From NCBI GenBank assembly GCA_963667015.2, contig CAXXJJ010000001.1:2080001-2144000 (forward strand): DNA of 64,000 nt, read 5' to 3'. The translations under genes were made by a program, and so were the position numbers. Positions 53,462 to 63,075 of this stretch are shown one piece after another. Below the pieces are notes generated by a model that was not told the DNA's origin, did no database searches, and was given only the letters and a program-made list of their open reading frames with translations. Each line of letters starts with the position of its first letter. Within the stretch, counting starts at the first letter, position 1. This stretch comes from Desulfatiglandales bacterium. Lineage in GTDB: Bacteria > Desulfobacterota > DSM-4660 > Desulfatiglandales > HGW-15.

Positions 53462-54394
53462 CTATTTGGAGGTTTTGTGGCGGTCAAAAAAATCGAATGT
53501 ACTCGGCAGTACAAGGGGGATCATGCCTCCATGATCGGCATTCACCTCCATATATTCTACTTTGAAACCGCGTTCTTTCATCCAGTTAAACATGGCTTTG
53601 CTGCCGACATGAGAAGGTGCCGCTCCAATTCCTTCTGTCATGAAAACAGGCATTTCCCGTATGTTGTCCCAGGGATAGTTTAATTCGTCAACAAAGGGAC
53701 CGGACATGGGCGAAATTGCTGCCCAGTATTGAGCATACTTGGCGCCAAGATACCATGTTCCACCGCTTCCCATGGAATGCCCGACCAGGAAGAGGGATGA
53801 CCGGTCAACGGGATACTCGTTGAGCACTATTTCAATTGTGTTGATGACATCTTTTTCACTCAGTTGTAGAGATTTTTCTTTTTCCGGAGTTACAGAAGCA
53901 CGCTGTTTTGCAGCGTCTTCCGGCTTTCCAAATACTGCAGGAAGGCGCAGGGGAGTTCCGTAGGCTCCCATTCTTGAATGGCCTAATGGTGAAAGCAAAA
54001 TATAGCCATGTTGTTCCGCAAGGCGAATGAGTTGCCTGTCATTGGCATTGAGATACCAGTTTTCATCAGATCCGGCACCGTGCAGGAATACAACCAGAGG
54101 AAGCTCGGACTTTCCATCCCAGGATGTTGGAACATACAAACGGAAGGGTATGTCCGCATCTGCCGCAGGAAAATGATATTTCCGGTGAATATTTCCCTTG
54201 GCCCTCCACTGGGGATCGTTTGGATTGGCAATGCTTTTTGCCAGAGCCCTGGATTCCTGTATCTGTTCCCCAGCATCAATAGCACAACCGTATTGTATTT
54301 TTGAGGGCGCCTGTGCTTCTGAAATGCCCGATATAAGTATGATTAAAATGAACAGGGTACTGATACAGGATAACTTGTAAATATGTTTATTCAT
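53462..54394 (-). CDS. Secreted alpha/beta hydrolase (esterase/PHB-depolymerase-like)
   Basis: Signal peptide, PFRLYVP, PLVVFLHGAG, GHSMGSGG, ADHG. Confidence 0.82.
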   Translation of the reverse strand: MNKHIYKLSCISTLFILIILISGISEAQAPSKIQYGCAIDAGEQIQESRALAKSIANPNDPQWRAKGNIHRKYHFPAADADIPFRLYVPTSWDGKSELPLVVFLHGAGSDENWYLNANDRQLIRLAEQHGYILLSPLGHSRMGAYGTPLRLPAVFGKPEDAAKQRASVTPEKEKSLQLSEKDVINTIEIVLNEYPVDRSSLFLVGHSMGSGGTWYLGAKYAQYWAAISPMSGPFVDELNYPWDNIREMPVFMTEGIGAAPSHVGSKAMFNWMKERGFKVEYMEVNADHGGMIPLVLPSTFDFFDRHKTSK

Positions 54395-54436
54395 GACTTA
54401 TCCCTTTCTTTACATGATGATTTTGATACGGTTATT

Positions 54437-55648
54437 TTATTCTCCCGGTCTTTTGGTTATCTCATTTATTTCCTCCTCACTATAGCCCAGCATGGCCAGA
54501 ACCGATTGGGTGTCCGCGCCATGTACCGGCGAATCCCCGTCTACTCCGGGACCTCCGGTTCCCATAATAAATCCGGCGTTTACAATTTCAGCTTTTCCGC
54601 CCGGTGACGGAGGTAAATCCGGTGGAAGTGATACCGGAATTTTAAGTCCTCGTTGTTTCAGGTGAGGGAGGGAAATCGATTCGCTTACATCCCTTACCAT
54701 ACCGCATGGAATATTAATGGCACTCATGCCGGATTCCCATTCTCCGGCATTGCGGGTTTTTATGACTTCTGCAAGTTCAGCCTTTAAGGCCTCTGAATTG
54801 GCCAGACGCAGATCCGATGTTTCATATCGGGGATCATTAAGCCACTCCTCACGATTCAGATGACGTGCCAGTGCTTCAAACTGCCCCTGCTGAACAACAC
54901 CAAGTGAAATCTTCTTGCCATCAGCTCCCGTAAATAATCCGGTAGTGGGCTGCCCGCTGTATCCTGTATTACCGGTTCGCGGCATCGTCTTACCTGTTAT
55001 TAAAAAAGGTACTACTGCAGAAGTCATAAAGGCAAGGCTCGCATCCAGCATTGCCACATCAATATAGTCTCCCTTACCGGTTGTTTGACGTCTGAACAGC
55101 GCTGCAAGTATTGCAAAGGCCGCCAGTTGCCCTGTAATGGTATCCACTGCCGGAAAACCGACACGCATCCATTCTCCGTCGGCATCACCGCTGAGACTCA
55201 TCATGCCGCTTGTAGCCTGAACAATATTGTCGATTGCCGGCCAGTCTTTCATGGGTCCTGTCTGGCCGTATCCTGATACAGAACAATATACTATGCCGGG
55301 ATTAAGCTCTTTGCATACATCATATCCAAGACCCAGTCGATTTATAACGCCTGGCCTGAAGTTTTCTAAAACCACATCGGAAGTTTCTATCAGTTTTTTT
55401 GCCGCGGCAAGGGCTGCCGGTTTTTTAAGGTCCAGTTCCACAGATTTTTTGCCTGCATTAACGCCAACAAACGCCGGAGACATGCCATCATAACGGCGGT
55501 CGTACCCGTAATAACGCATGGCATCGCCTCGACCCGGCGATTCCACTTTAATAACCTCAGCGCCCAGAAGGCGAAGAAGGTGAGAAGCATATGGGCCCGC
55601 CATCACATGACTAAAATCGGCAATACGGATTCCTTCTAATGGTTGCAT
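54437..55648 (-). CDS. Class III CoA-transferase (CaiB/BaiF family)
   Basis: PLEGIRIADFSHVMAGP, GAEVIKVE, ENFRPG, SGYGQTGP, catalytic Asp in AIDNIVQA. ATG overlaps the dctP stop (TGATG). Confidence 0.95.
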   Translation of the reverse strand: MQPLEGIRIADFSHVMAGPYASHLLRLLGAEVIKVESPGRGDAMRYYGYDRRYDGMSPAFVGVNAGKKSVELDLKKPAALAAAKKLIETSDVVLENFRPGVINRLGLGYDVCKELNPGIVYCSVSGYGQTGPMKDWPAIDNIVQATSGMMSLSGDADGEWMRVGFPAVDTITGQLAAFAILAALFRRQTTGKGDYIDVAMLDASLAFMTSAVVPFLITGKTMPRTGNTGYSGQPTTGLFTGADGKKISLGVVQQGQFEALARHLNREEWLNDPRYETSDLRLANSEALKAELAEVIKTRNAGEWESGMSAINIPCGMVRDVSESISLPHLKQRGLKIPVSLPPDLPPSPGGKAEIVNAGFIMGTGGPGVDGDSPVHGADTQSVLAMLGYSEEEINEITKRPGE

Positions 55649-56685
55649 CAATTTCCTCCACAAATTACAGCATTATTAATTTTAATATTATCCGCTATAC
55701 GTCGTGCCTGACGAAAGACGGCTTCTCCATCGATTCCAAATCTGCTGAGCGCCTTTGCATTTTCAAGCCCGTCAGTTATATATAAATCATCAAATCGTTT
55801 TTGATCGGAGGGTGATATATCGATAAACTTAACACCGCGCCTTCGGCCCTCCTCTTCTCCTGAGATATCGGATTCCACAATTTCTTTTGACATTGCCGCT
55901 TCCCAGACCGGAATCGATGCTTCCAGTATATCACGCTGGGATTCGGATAATGTTTTCCAGCGCTTCAGACCTATGGCTCTGGACGGATATGCTCCTCGAG
56001 GAACATCCAGACGCGTATAGTATTTAGCGACCTCGGCAAAATGCAGTGCCTTAAGGGTATTTAACGGTGCGACCACTCCGTCGATGACTTCTTTTGCAAG
56101 AGCTGAGTATACGTCTCCCATTGGCATACTGATTGGATCGGCACCAAGTTCACGCATCATATTCAGCATCTCCGTGGGCACACGGATTCTCAGGCCTTTC
56201 AGGTCATCCAGACTGCGGACAGGACGGCTGCTTGTCAATATCCCTGCGAGAGTTCCTCCCTGAACTGCCAGAATTTTAAGACCTTTTACTTCCTCTGTAT
56301 ATTCGGGGAAAACAGCTGCCAGACAGCGATATAAATCAACCTGCTGTTCGAAGGTTTTTGCGCCGCTGTAAAAACCTGTCTGTATTCGCAGCAGATGGGT
56401 GTTACCGCGCGAATAGATAGGAGCGATGTAAGCGATATCAGCAACACCGTGCTTTACCTCAAGTAAGGAGTGTTCTGAAGAAATAAGTGCCCCGGACCAG
56501 ATGGGTTTTATACGTATACTTCCTTTTGACTCCTTTTCCACCCACTTCGCCCATGTCTGGTCTGCATGGCTGAAAGGGTGATTGGGACTGTACGGGGAAG
56601 CATATGTAAGCCATGTGGTATCCTGTCGGGCTGAGACAGTACCTGCAGCGAAAAAGCAGATAAATAGCAGCAGAAGAATCTTCAT
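55648..56685 (-). CDS. dctP: TRAP transporter substrate-binding protein DctP
   Basis: Signal peptide, PVRSLDDLKGLRIRVP, LGA.PISMP..DVYSAL...VIDG. Confidence 0.92.
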   Translation of the reverse strand: MKILLLLFICFFAAGTVSARQDTTWLTYASPYSPNHPFSHADQTWAKWVEKESKGSIRIKPIWSGALISSEHSLLEVKHGVADIAYIAPIYSRGNTHLLRIQTGFYSGAKTFEQQVDLYRCLAAVFPEYTEEVKGLKILAVQGGTLAGILTSSRPVRSLDDLKGLRIRVPTEMLNMMRELGADPISMPMGDVYSALAKEVIDGVVAPLNTLKALHFAEVAKYYTRLDVPRGAYPSRAIGLKRWKTLSESQRDILEASIPVWEAAMSKEIVESDISGEEEGRRRGVKFIDISPSDQKRFDDLYITDGLENAKALSRFGIDGEAVFRQARRIADNIKINNAVICGGN

Positions 56686-57968
56686 ATCAGTCCAGCCTTT
56701 CTCAAAAAATCGGCAACATAATTGACCATCTGTTCATGGTTCCATTCTTTTGCATCAACCATATCTGCATCCAGCAGTAAAGTAGGTATACCGGCATCCT
56801 CCAGGGCGAATCGTGTAAGCTTGATGCCGCTCTGGGAAGCGCGATTTTTAGGCGGCATAAGCATGACTGCTGCATCAATTCCGCAGCGTTCTGCTTCACT
56901 GATTATCCAGCTGTTCATAAATGGCGGCAGGTGCAGTGATTCATTTATGGAGCAGATTCGGCTTGCCAGCGCATGCATAGGCCTGTCTTTAATTGCGCGA
57001 ATATACTGGGGTCGGGCAAAGGGCATATACATTGACCATACAAACACAGCACCATAGAGTTCTTCCAGTGCGTTATAGAATCCCGGATCATGCCACAGTC
57101 CGGCACCGATCCACATCAGGCGAATTCGTTCGTTATCACTGACACCGATTCCTGCCTTTACACGGGAGGCAACTTCATCCCTAAATTTTTTGGCATGGGC
57201 CACTGCCCAGTCAGATCCTCTGTGCCACTGTGGAATCATTGTATTGGGCATCTGATCAGCAATAGTAACCGGACAGGGACGGGCACTTCCAATCATGCTG
57301 GAGGCCTCTGCAATGTATGTCTCCTGTTCGTTTATTCGTTCCATAAGTGTCATGAGTTTTTCTTCACTGAAGCGTCGTCCGGTTTTTTCTTCCAGAATGG
57401 CTATTAACTCACGCATTTCTGATACCATTAATTCAATACGATGGGACTGGTACACCTTATCCCAGTGTTCATTAGAGTTCTCGAACCATTTGGTATCGTG
57501 ATTGGTCCAGGCCGGGGCTTCAAAAGGAAAAAAATCCGTATCCAGAGCCTCTGCCCATTGTCCGAATACGTGCTGAAGACAGTCGCATGTCAAACGGGCC
57601 ACCAGCGCAATTGGTTTGGGGAGTCCTCCCCAGGGAGCCGTCTCAGGATCATTGGCAAGAGTACAGGCAAATCCCAGAGAACAATAGCGACAGCTGTTGC
57701 CTGGATATCCGTATTCATCCATAACACTGAAATAGCGTGTGGAAAGCTGTTTTGCAGAAATATATGCAGCCCACCATTGATTTGAAATCATCAGAATATC
57801 CATAACATGAAATATTTCATGGGGAGTATCGGCCTGGGCGAGTACAAAGGGTTCTCCCTTTTCAATAACACGCTGCTTCAACTCCGATACGAACTGCCGC
57901 TGAAAAGAGGTAGCTTCCTTTGTGCATTGTAAATCTTTGCGGCTTCGATGCCCTGAATTTTTACTCAT
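56682..57968 (-). CDS. 2-hydroxyacyl-CoA dehydratase / benzoyl-CoA reductase subunit-like protein A (HGD-D fold)
   Basis: P.EIF..MD, CRYC, GGLPKP, TCD, LEEKTGRRF.EEKL, ERIRLMW.G, GIPTL.LDADMVD. Confidence 0.82.
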   Translation of the reverse strand: MSKNSGHRSRKDLQCTKEATSFQRQFVSELKQRVIEKGEPFVLAQADTPHEIFHVMDILMISNQWWAAYISAKQLSTRYFSVMDEYGYPGNSCRYCSLGFACTLANDPETAPWGGLPKPIALVARLTCDCLQHVFGQWAEALDTDFFPFEAPAWTNHDTKWFENSNEHWDKVYQSHRIELMVSEMRELIAILEEKTGRRFSEEKLMTLMERINEQETYIAEASSMIGSARPCPVTIADQMPNTMIPQWHRGSDWAVAHAKKFRDEVASRVKAGIGVSDNERIRLMWIGAGLWHDPGFYNALEELYGAVFVWSMYMPFARPQYIRAIKDRPMHALASRICSINESLHLPPFMNSWIISEAERCGIDAAVMLMPPKNRASQSGIKLTRFALEDAGIPTLLLDADMVDAKEWNHEQMVNYVADFLRKAGLI

Positions 57969-60172
57969 TTGAATACTCCCATGGACTCAAGTTCAGCAAT
58001 CCGCGAATCCGAAAGTCCCGCCAGATCCTTTGCTATGATTTTTGAGTGTTCACCGATGCCAGGCGCCCGAAACATCTCAATATCGCTTCTCGAAAACCGC
58101 ATTGGTGTTCGAATATGACCGAATTCTCCCAGCAGCTGGTGTTCTATGGGAAAAAGAGGGCATCTCGCTTTGATCTGGGGATCTGTTTCAAGAACGTCTT
58201 CAATATCCTGAACTGCTCCTGCGGCAATCCCTGCCTGCTGCATCCGGGCTACAAGAGATGTTTCTGATTCTTTGCATGTCCAGGCCGAGATGACACTGTC
58301 ACGCGACTCGGCGCTATCGGCCTGAGGAAGGGCAGCAAGTTCACGAAGACACTCCCAGTTTTCTTCTGTTTTCAGACTGATCGCTACCCATCGATCTTCT
58401 CCCTGTGCAGGGTATACCCCCTGGTGGAAGAGGGCAGGGTCACTGTTACCCATGCGCTGAATTTTTTTGCCCCGCTGTGCATCGAGGATTGCATCATACA
58501 TCTGCTGGACACAGATTTCATACATGGATGCATCGATATACGCACCATAACCTGTATCACGTCGGTGCTGCAGTGCTGCAGCCACCGTAGCCGCCATGGT
58601 ATAGGGAACGATGACATCCCCAAAGGGTGCAGCAGGGATTACAGGATCACGGTCCGGCCAGCCGGTCATGTATGTACGGCCCGATAGTGCGGCACCCGTT
58701 CCGTCAATTCCCCATTCCTGAGCAAACGGGCCTGTCTGACCGTATACGCTGCCTGATACCATCACGAGACCCGGATTTGTTTTCTGTAAAGTGGCATAAT
58801 CCAGGCCCAGCTTGGCCATTGTACCGGGCGAAAAGTTTTCCACCACCACATCAGCCCACTTTATCAGAGGATCAAGAACTTCCCGGCTTTCAGGTTTTTT
58901 CATGTCAAGAGCCAGGCTGAACTTGGAACTGTTCAGATGAGCAAACATTGGTTTGTCATTGAAATTGCCTGTTTCCGATACAGACACCTGAACATCTATC
59001 CTCGAAAGGCATGGCCTTGTTCGGGATTCAACCTTGATAATCTCGGCGCCCAGATCTCCAAGTGTCTTGGTGGTGATGGAGCCAACAAGAGCCCAGGAAA
59101 AATCCAGTACCCTCACACCCTTCAAGGGGCCGTTTCTTTTTTCTCCGATACTTCCCGGAGTATTATCAATATCCATCTTTTGTCCGGCAGGCCTGGTTTT
59201 TAACCTGTTTTCAGCGGCGTTAATCTTAAGAAACCTTGAGGGTTTTCGAATCCCGGACTCTTCCTTCCAGAATCCTCTTGCCTCCAGATGCGGTTCAAAA
59301 GGAACATCTCCCGGTTCTGCGGTCACTGTTGCATTGATGCCGCGTCTTCTGCCTTCTTCTGCAATTTCACGCCTGGTGCGTGTCCTGAAAAAGGCCTCCA
59401 TAGCCTTTTCCCATTCAGCTCGAATGGCAGGATCCAGAGTCGCCCGGTTATATTTCAGCCAGTCGGTGTCACGAAGCGGATTGGGAAGCCCGGCTTCATC
59501 GATCCAGTCGCTCAATGCCTTGTTGGCAGGAGCACCGAAGCGACCGGTCATGAGGGAATGGAAGCACCAGCCATCGGAGAGCGGCCAGATATATCGAACA
59601 ATGGCCTTGCCAAAATTTATCGATCCTCCAACTCGGTGTATCTTTCGACGGTCAAATTGCCACACTGTCACGCTGTTGATCTGGCGGGATAATGCAACCT
59701 CCTGTATGGATACATCTACATGCTGACCAAGTCCGCTGATCCCCCTTTCATAGTGGGCTGTAAGTGCGCCGGAAGCGGCAACCATGTCGGCGTGAAAGCT
59801 GCAGGCATTCAATGCTTCCTTAACCGGAGCACGGTCCGGGTCACCGGTCAGCCTTAAATTTCCTGAAACGGCCGAAGCAACCAGTTCACTGCCTTCCCAG
59901 TCTGCGCAGGGACCTTCACTGCCAAAGGTCGTAACGGAAACATGTATTAACCCGGGTGAAGATTGTTCTATAAAGTCGCGCTGCAGGCCTTTTTCAGCCA
60001 GCTTCGACAGGCCCAGCTGTTCAATGAAAAAGGATGCTTCGGTAATAATTTCACGAATATTATCCAGTGATACTTTAACGATGTCGGCTCCGAGCGATGA
60101 CAGAAAACGAGCAAGTGCGCCTTCGGCAGCATCGTCAAGTGCCAGTACACGATGTCCGTGTAAAAAAGTCAT
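57965..60172 (-). CDS. Tandem (fused two-domain) class III CoA-transferase
   Basis: Degenerate N-half (LIHVSVTTFGSEGP, GQHVDVS) plus intact C-half (PLKGVRVLDFSW, ENFSPG, YGQTGP, WGIDG, YIDASM). Confidence 0.92.
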   Translation of the reverse strand: MTFLHGHRVLALDDAAEGALARFLSSLGADIVKVSLDNIREIITEASFFIEQLGLSKLAEKGLQRDFIEQSSPGLIHVSVTTFGSEGPCADWEGSELVASAVSGNLRLTGDPDRAPVKEALNACSFHADMVAASGALTAHYERGISGLGQHVDVSIQEVALSRQINSVTVWQFDRRKIHRVGGSINFGKAIVRYIWPLSDGWCFHSLMTGRFGAPANKALSDWIDEAGLPNPLRDTDWLKYNRATLDPAIRAEWEKAMEAFFRTRTRREIAEEGRRRGINATVTAEPGDVPFEPHLEARGFWKEESGIRKPSRFLKINAAENRLKTRPAGQKMDIDNTPGSIGEKRNGPLKGVRVLDFSWALVGSITTKTLGDLGAEIIKVESRTRPCLSRIDVQVSVSETGNFNDKPMFAHLNSSKFSLALDMKKPESREVLDPLIKWADVVVENFSPGTMAKLGLDYATLQKTNPGLVMVSGSVYGQTGPFAQEWGIDGTGAALSGRTYMTGWPDRDPVIPAAPFGDVIVPYTMAATVAAALQHRRDTGYGAYIDASMYEICVQQMYDAILDAQRGKKIQRMGNSDPALFHQGVYPAQGEDRWVAISLKTEENWECLRELAALPQADSAESRDSVISAWTCKESETSLVARMQQAGIAAGAVQDIEDVLETDPQIKARCPLFPIEHQLLGEFGHIRTPMRFSRSDIEMFRAPGIGEHSKIIAKDLAGLSDSRIAELESMGVFK

Positions 60173-61266
60173 AACGTGTCTCCCAAACTTTTAGTAAAAG
60201 AAATGATTTCGTCCAATGCGCCATCGGATGCATCCCAGTTCCTGCGCACAAGGGAAAGGAACGGGATATCAGCGGCTTCCAGTGTTTTTATTTGAGCGGG
60301 TACATCCCATACCAGCGTTTCTTCCTCCTCAATAAGCCATTGAATAACACCGTCTGCTTCTGCATCCTGAGCAAAGGAGAGTGTAAGCCGGCTGCGGTCC
60401 ACAAATGAGCGTGTACCATGATTCAGAGAGTAGTAGTGTCCCGTAATATCGGAAATCGTTCCTCCCTCCTGTATTAAAGGCATCTGAGCCCCAAAGGAGG
60501 GGAAGCTTCCGAATTCCGATATGACATTACCCCCGCCTTTTTCTACAGCACGATGCAATCGTTCATCTGGCGGTGCTGTACCGCAAAGCAGCAGTCCGGG
60601 TCCCGGAATTCGAGTATTGCTCCGGTTTTTGTCCAGCCAGTCAGAAAGCTCTGTATCAAAGCTTTCGGCATCGCAGAGATCTGATGTCCTATAGATGCGG
60701 TCAATGAAACTGCCCTGCAGGTTGCGTTGTCTGATTCTGGCCCTGTTCAACGCATCAAACAGCGACCTGCGCCGGTTGCGCAGAGAAATTGCCTTTGACA
60801 AATCTGCTTCTATAGTGCCAATTTTGCCTGCAAGTCTACGGGTCGACTGTTCACTGTATAACCGGCTGGTTTCTCGCGGTATTTTTGCGAGGTCGTAAAT
60901 CAATGGTTCCGGTCCACTTACCCCTTTGCTTCTGCGCAGCTCACACAGATAGTAGTACAGGCGCTGGGCACTGTCATTGCTTCGCGGCAGAATGATATAC
61001 CTGAGAAAATCAAGGTTTCCCTCTAAATAATGATCGGTAAGGACCCGTACAAAGGGTTCAAAACTCTCCTCAAGATACTTATCAGCGAGTTTTGAGTCAG
61101 AAGGCATAAGACCCGACAGCTGAAGGGGCATGGCACCTGCTGCGATTATCAGTTCAACAGGAATCTCGTAACCCGCATAACCGATAACCTTACCACCTTC
61201 CTGATAATGACTACGCCCTGAAGCCAGGGGATCATGAAGCGTTTTTGTAATTAATTTTTCAAGCAT
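60169..61266 (-). CDS. 2-hydroxyacyl-CoA dehydratase subunit-like protein B (HGD-D fold, degenerate)
   Basis: GKVIGY....IPVELIIAAG.MP N-terminus and ADGVI...IPFL.L C-terminus are typical of the family. Confidence 0.75.
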   Translation of the reverse strand: MLEKLITKTLHDPLASGRSHYQEGGKVIGYAGYEIPVELIIAAGAMPLQLSGLMPSDSKLADKYLEESFEPFVRVLTDHYLEGNLDFLRYIILPRSNDSAQRLYYYLCELRRSKGVSGPEPLIYDLAKIPRETSRLYSEQSTRRLAGKIGTIEADLSKAISLRNRRRSLFDALNRARIRQRNLQGSFIDRIYRTSDLCDAESFDTELSDWLDKNRSNTRIPGPGLLLCGTAPPDERLHRAVEKGGGNVISEFGSFPSFGAQMPLIQEGGTISDITGHYYSLNHGTRSFVDRSRLTLSFAQDAEADGVIQWLIEEEETLVWDVPAQIKTLEAADIPFLSLVRRNWDASDGALDEIISFTKSLGDTL

Positions 61267-61268
61267 AA

Positions 61269-62576
61269 TTATTGTCCTAGTGCAGCCGGCAACCATGTTA
61301 CGGTTGCAGGGATAAATATAAGCAGCAGAAGATGTACAAAATCCGAGGCTAGAAATGGAAGTACACCTTTAAAAATTCGGCTCAGTGATACATCTTTGGC
61401 AATATTATTAATAATAAACAGATTCATTCCGATAGGAGGGTGTATAAATCCCATTTCCATGGCACGTACTAGGAAAATGCCAAACCATATTGGTGTCATT
61501 CCCATATCCTGGATGATGGGTAAAAAGATCGGCGTAGTCAGGAGCATCAACGCAAGACCGTCCAGTATTGAACCAAGCAGCAGCAGCACACCGGTGATAA
61601 TTAAAAGTGAGACTATTGGACTGTTCCCGGTAAAGAGAAGCAGGTGCGCAACATCTTCCGCCAGTCCCGTTAGACTGATAAATACGGAAAATATCAATGC
61701 ACCTATAACTACTATATAAATCATGCCGCTGGTACGCAGCGTTTCTTTCAATGCTTTGCTGAGTGAAGACCAGTTCAGCTGTTTTCGCCATGCGCATAAC
61801 AGCAGGGCACCGACAGATCCAACGGATGCTGCTTCAGGCGGGGAAAACCAGCCAAGTGCTATACCGCCTATTACCAGTAATACAAGCAGACTGATGTCTG
61901 CAATTCGTAACAGTGATGCACGGCGTTCCGCCCAGCTTGCCTTTTCAGTTGGAGGCGCCAGCCAGGGTTTGAAATGACAGAGAACTATGACTGCCATGCA
62001 ATAAAGGAAAGCCTGGGTTATGGCGGGAATGATGGCAGCTGTAAACAGTTTACCGATGGACTGCTCTGCAATGATGCCGAACACAATCAGTGCTCCGGAA
62101 GGCGGTACTATTTGCCCGAGAGTTCCTCCCGCAGCCACTGTGCCGGTCGCAAGGGCGTCTGAGTAACCGCGTTTGCGCATCTCGGGCAGCGCGACCAGAC
62201 CGATAGTCGCTGCAGTGGCAAGGCTTGAACCGCTGATGGTTCCAAAACCTGCACAACCGCCTATGGATGCCAGAGCCAGGCCTCCCCTTTTATGACCGAA
62301 CATGCTCGCTGCCGCGTCAAAAAAATCCCTGCTGGCATTTGCTGTAAAACACACATGGGCCATTAGAAAAAACAGTGGCAGAACTCCCAATTCATAGCGT
62401 GACAGAGTTTCAAACAGTATAACACCGGATTTGATCAAAGCCGGTTCAAGACCGAGAGTCAATATCAAACCACCGATACCCACAGTACCCAGCGCTACAC
62501 CGATGGGCATGCCCAGTAACAGCATCAAAATCAATACTATTACACCTGTTAAGCCCAGAACAGGAGAACTATTCAT
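61269..62576 (-). CDS. dctM: TRAP transporter large permease DctM
   Basis: LPLFFLMA, GGLALASI, SGSSLATAA, GGTLG.IVPPS, HPPIGMNLF. Confidence 0.95.
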   Translation of the reverse strand: MNSSPVLGLTGVIVLILMLLLGMPIGVALGTVGIGGLILTLGLEPALIKSGVILFETLSRYELGVLPLFFLMAHVCFTANASRDFFDAAASMFGHKRGGLALASIGGCAGFGTISGSSLATAATIGLVALPEMRKRGYSDALATGTVAAGGTLGQIVPPSGALIVFGIIAEQSIGKLFTAAIIPAITQAFLYCMAVIVLCHFKPWLAPPTEKASWAERRASLLRIADISLLVLLVIGGIALGWFSPPEAASVGSVGALLLCAWRKQLNWSSLSKALKETLRTSGMIYIVVIGALIFSVFISLTGLAEDVAHLLLFTGNSPIVSLLIITGVLLLLGSILDGLALMLLTTPIFLPIIQDMGMTPIWFGIFLVRAMEMGFIHPPIGMNLFIINNIAKDVSLSRIFKGVLPFLASDFVHLLLLIFIPATVTWLPAALGQ

Positions 62577-63075
62577 GATCCCTGTTCTCCTTATTATTTT
62601 TGATACGTCTAAGAAAATTCAGCATCACAGCAAGCATGGAAATGATGCATATAATCCGTAAAGGAGCATAAGGGATATGCAACACTTCACTTTCTTCATA
62701 GCCATTCCGAAGATCCAGGAAAATCCAGATACTGCCTGCTGTAAGTAAACAAAAAAACAAGGCGCTGAACAGTGACTGGAGATGCTCCAGCCAGATCCTG
62801 GGGCGGCCTTTCAGTCGGTCAGTCAGGATACGAACCTTTACATGTTTTTTTGCAAGGGTCGCCGATAGTATCGCACTTGAAGCGGCTATCAGAATAGCCG
62901 CCTGAACCATCTCGATAGATCCCCAGAGCGGCAAACCTATATGTCTGCCCAGGACAGCAATAGTGTCTGCTCCCATTGCAAATAATAATGCTGCTGCTCC
63001 AAGGTAAAAGAGGCATTTTTCTCCCCGGCGCGCTGGTTTTTGATCAGGATCACTGACTTCATCTGAATTTTTCAT
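62569..63075 (-). CDS. dctQ: TRAP transporter small permease DctQ
   Basis: Four TM segments, V.GR....P..GS.E, HV.V.IL. Between capA-like gene and dctM. Confidence 0.9.
   Translation of the reverse strand: MKNSDEVSDPDQKPARRGEKCLFYLGAAALLFAMGADTIAVLGRHIGLPLWGSIEMVQAAILIAASSAILSATLAKKHVKVRILTDRLKGRPRIWLEHLQSLFSALFFCLLTAGSIWIFLDLRNGYEESEVLHIPYAPLRIICIISMLAVMLNFLRRIKNNKENRDHE

Noticed and set aside
56682..61266. Calling the HGD-D pair benzoyl-CoA reductase (bcrBC) or phenyllactyl-CoA dehydratase (fldBC)
   Set aside because: ATPase/activator subunits are not visible and Cys ligands look altered, so no specific symbol is supportable.
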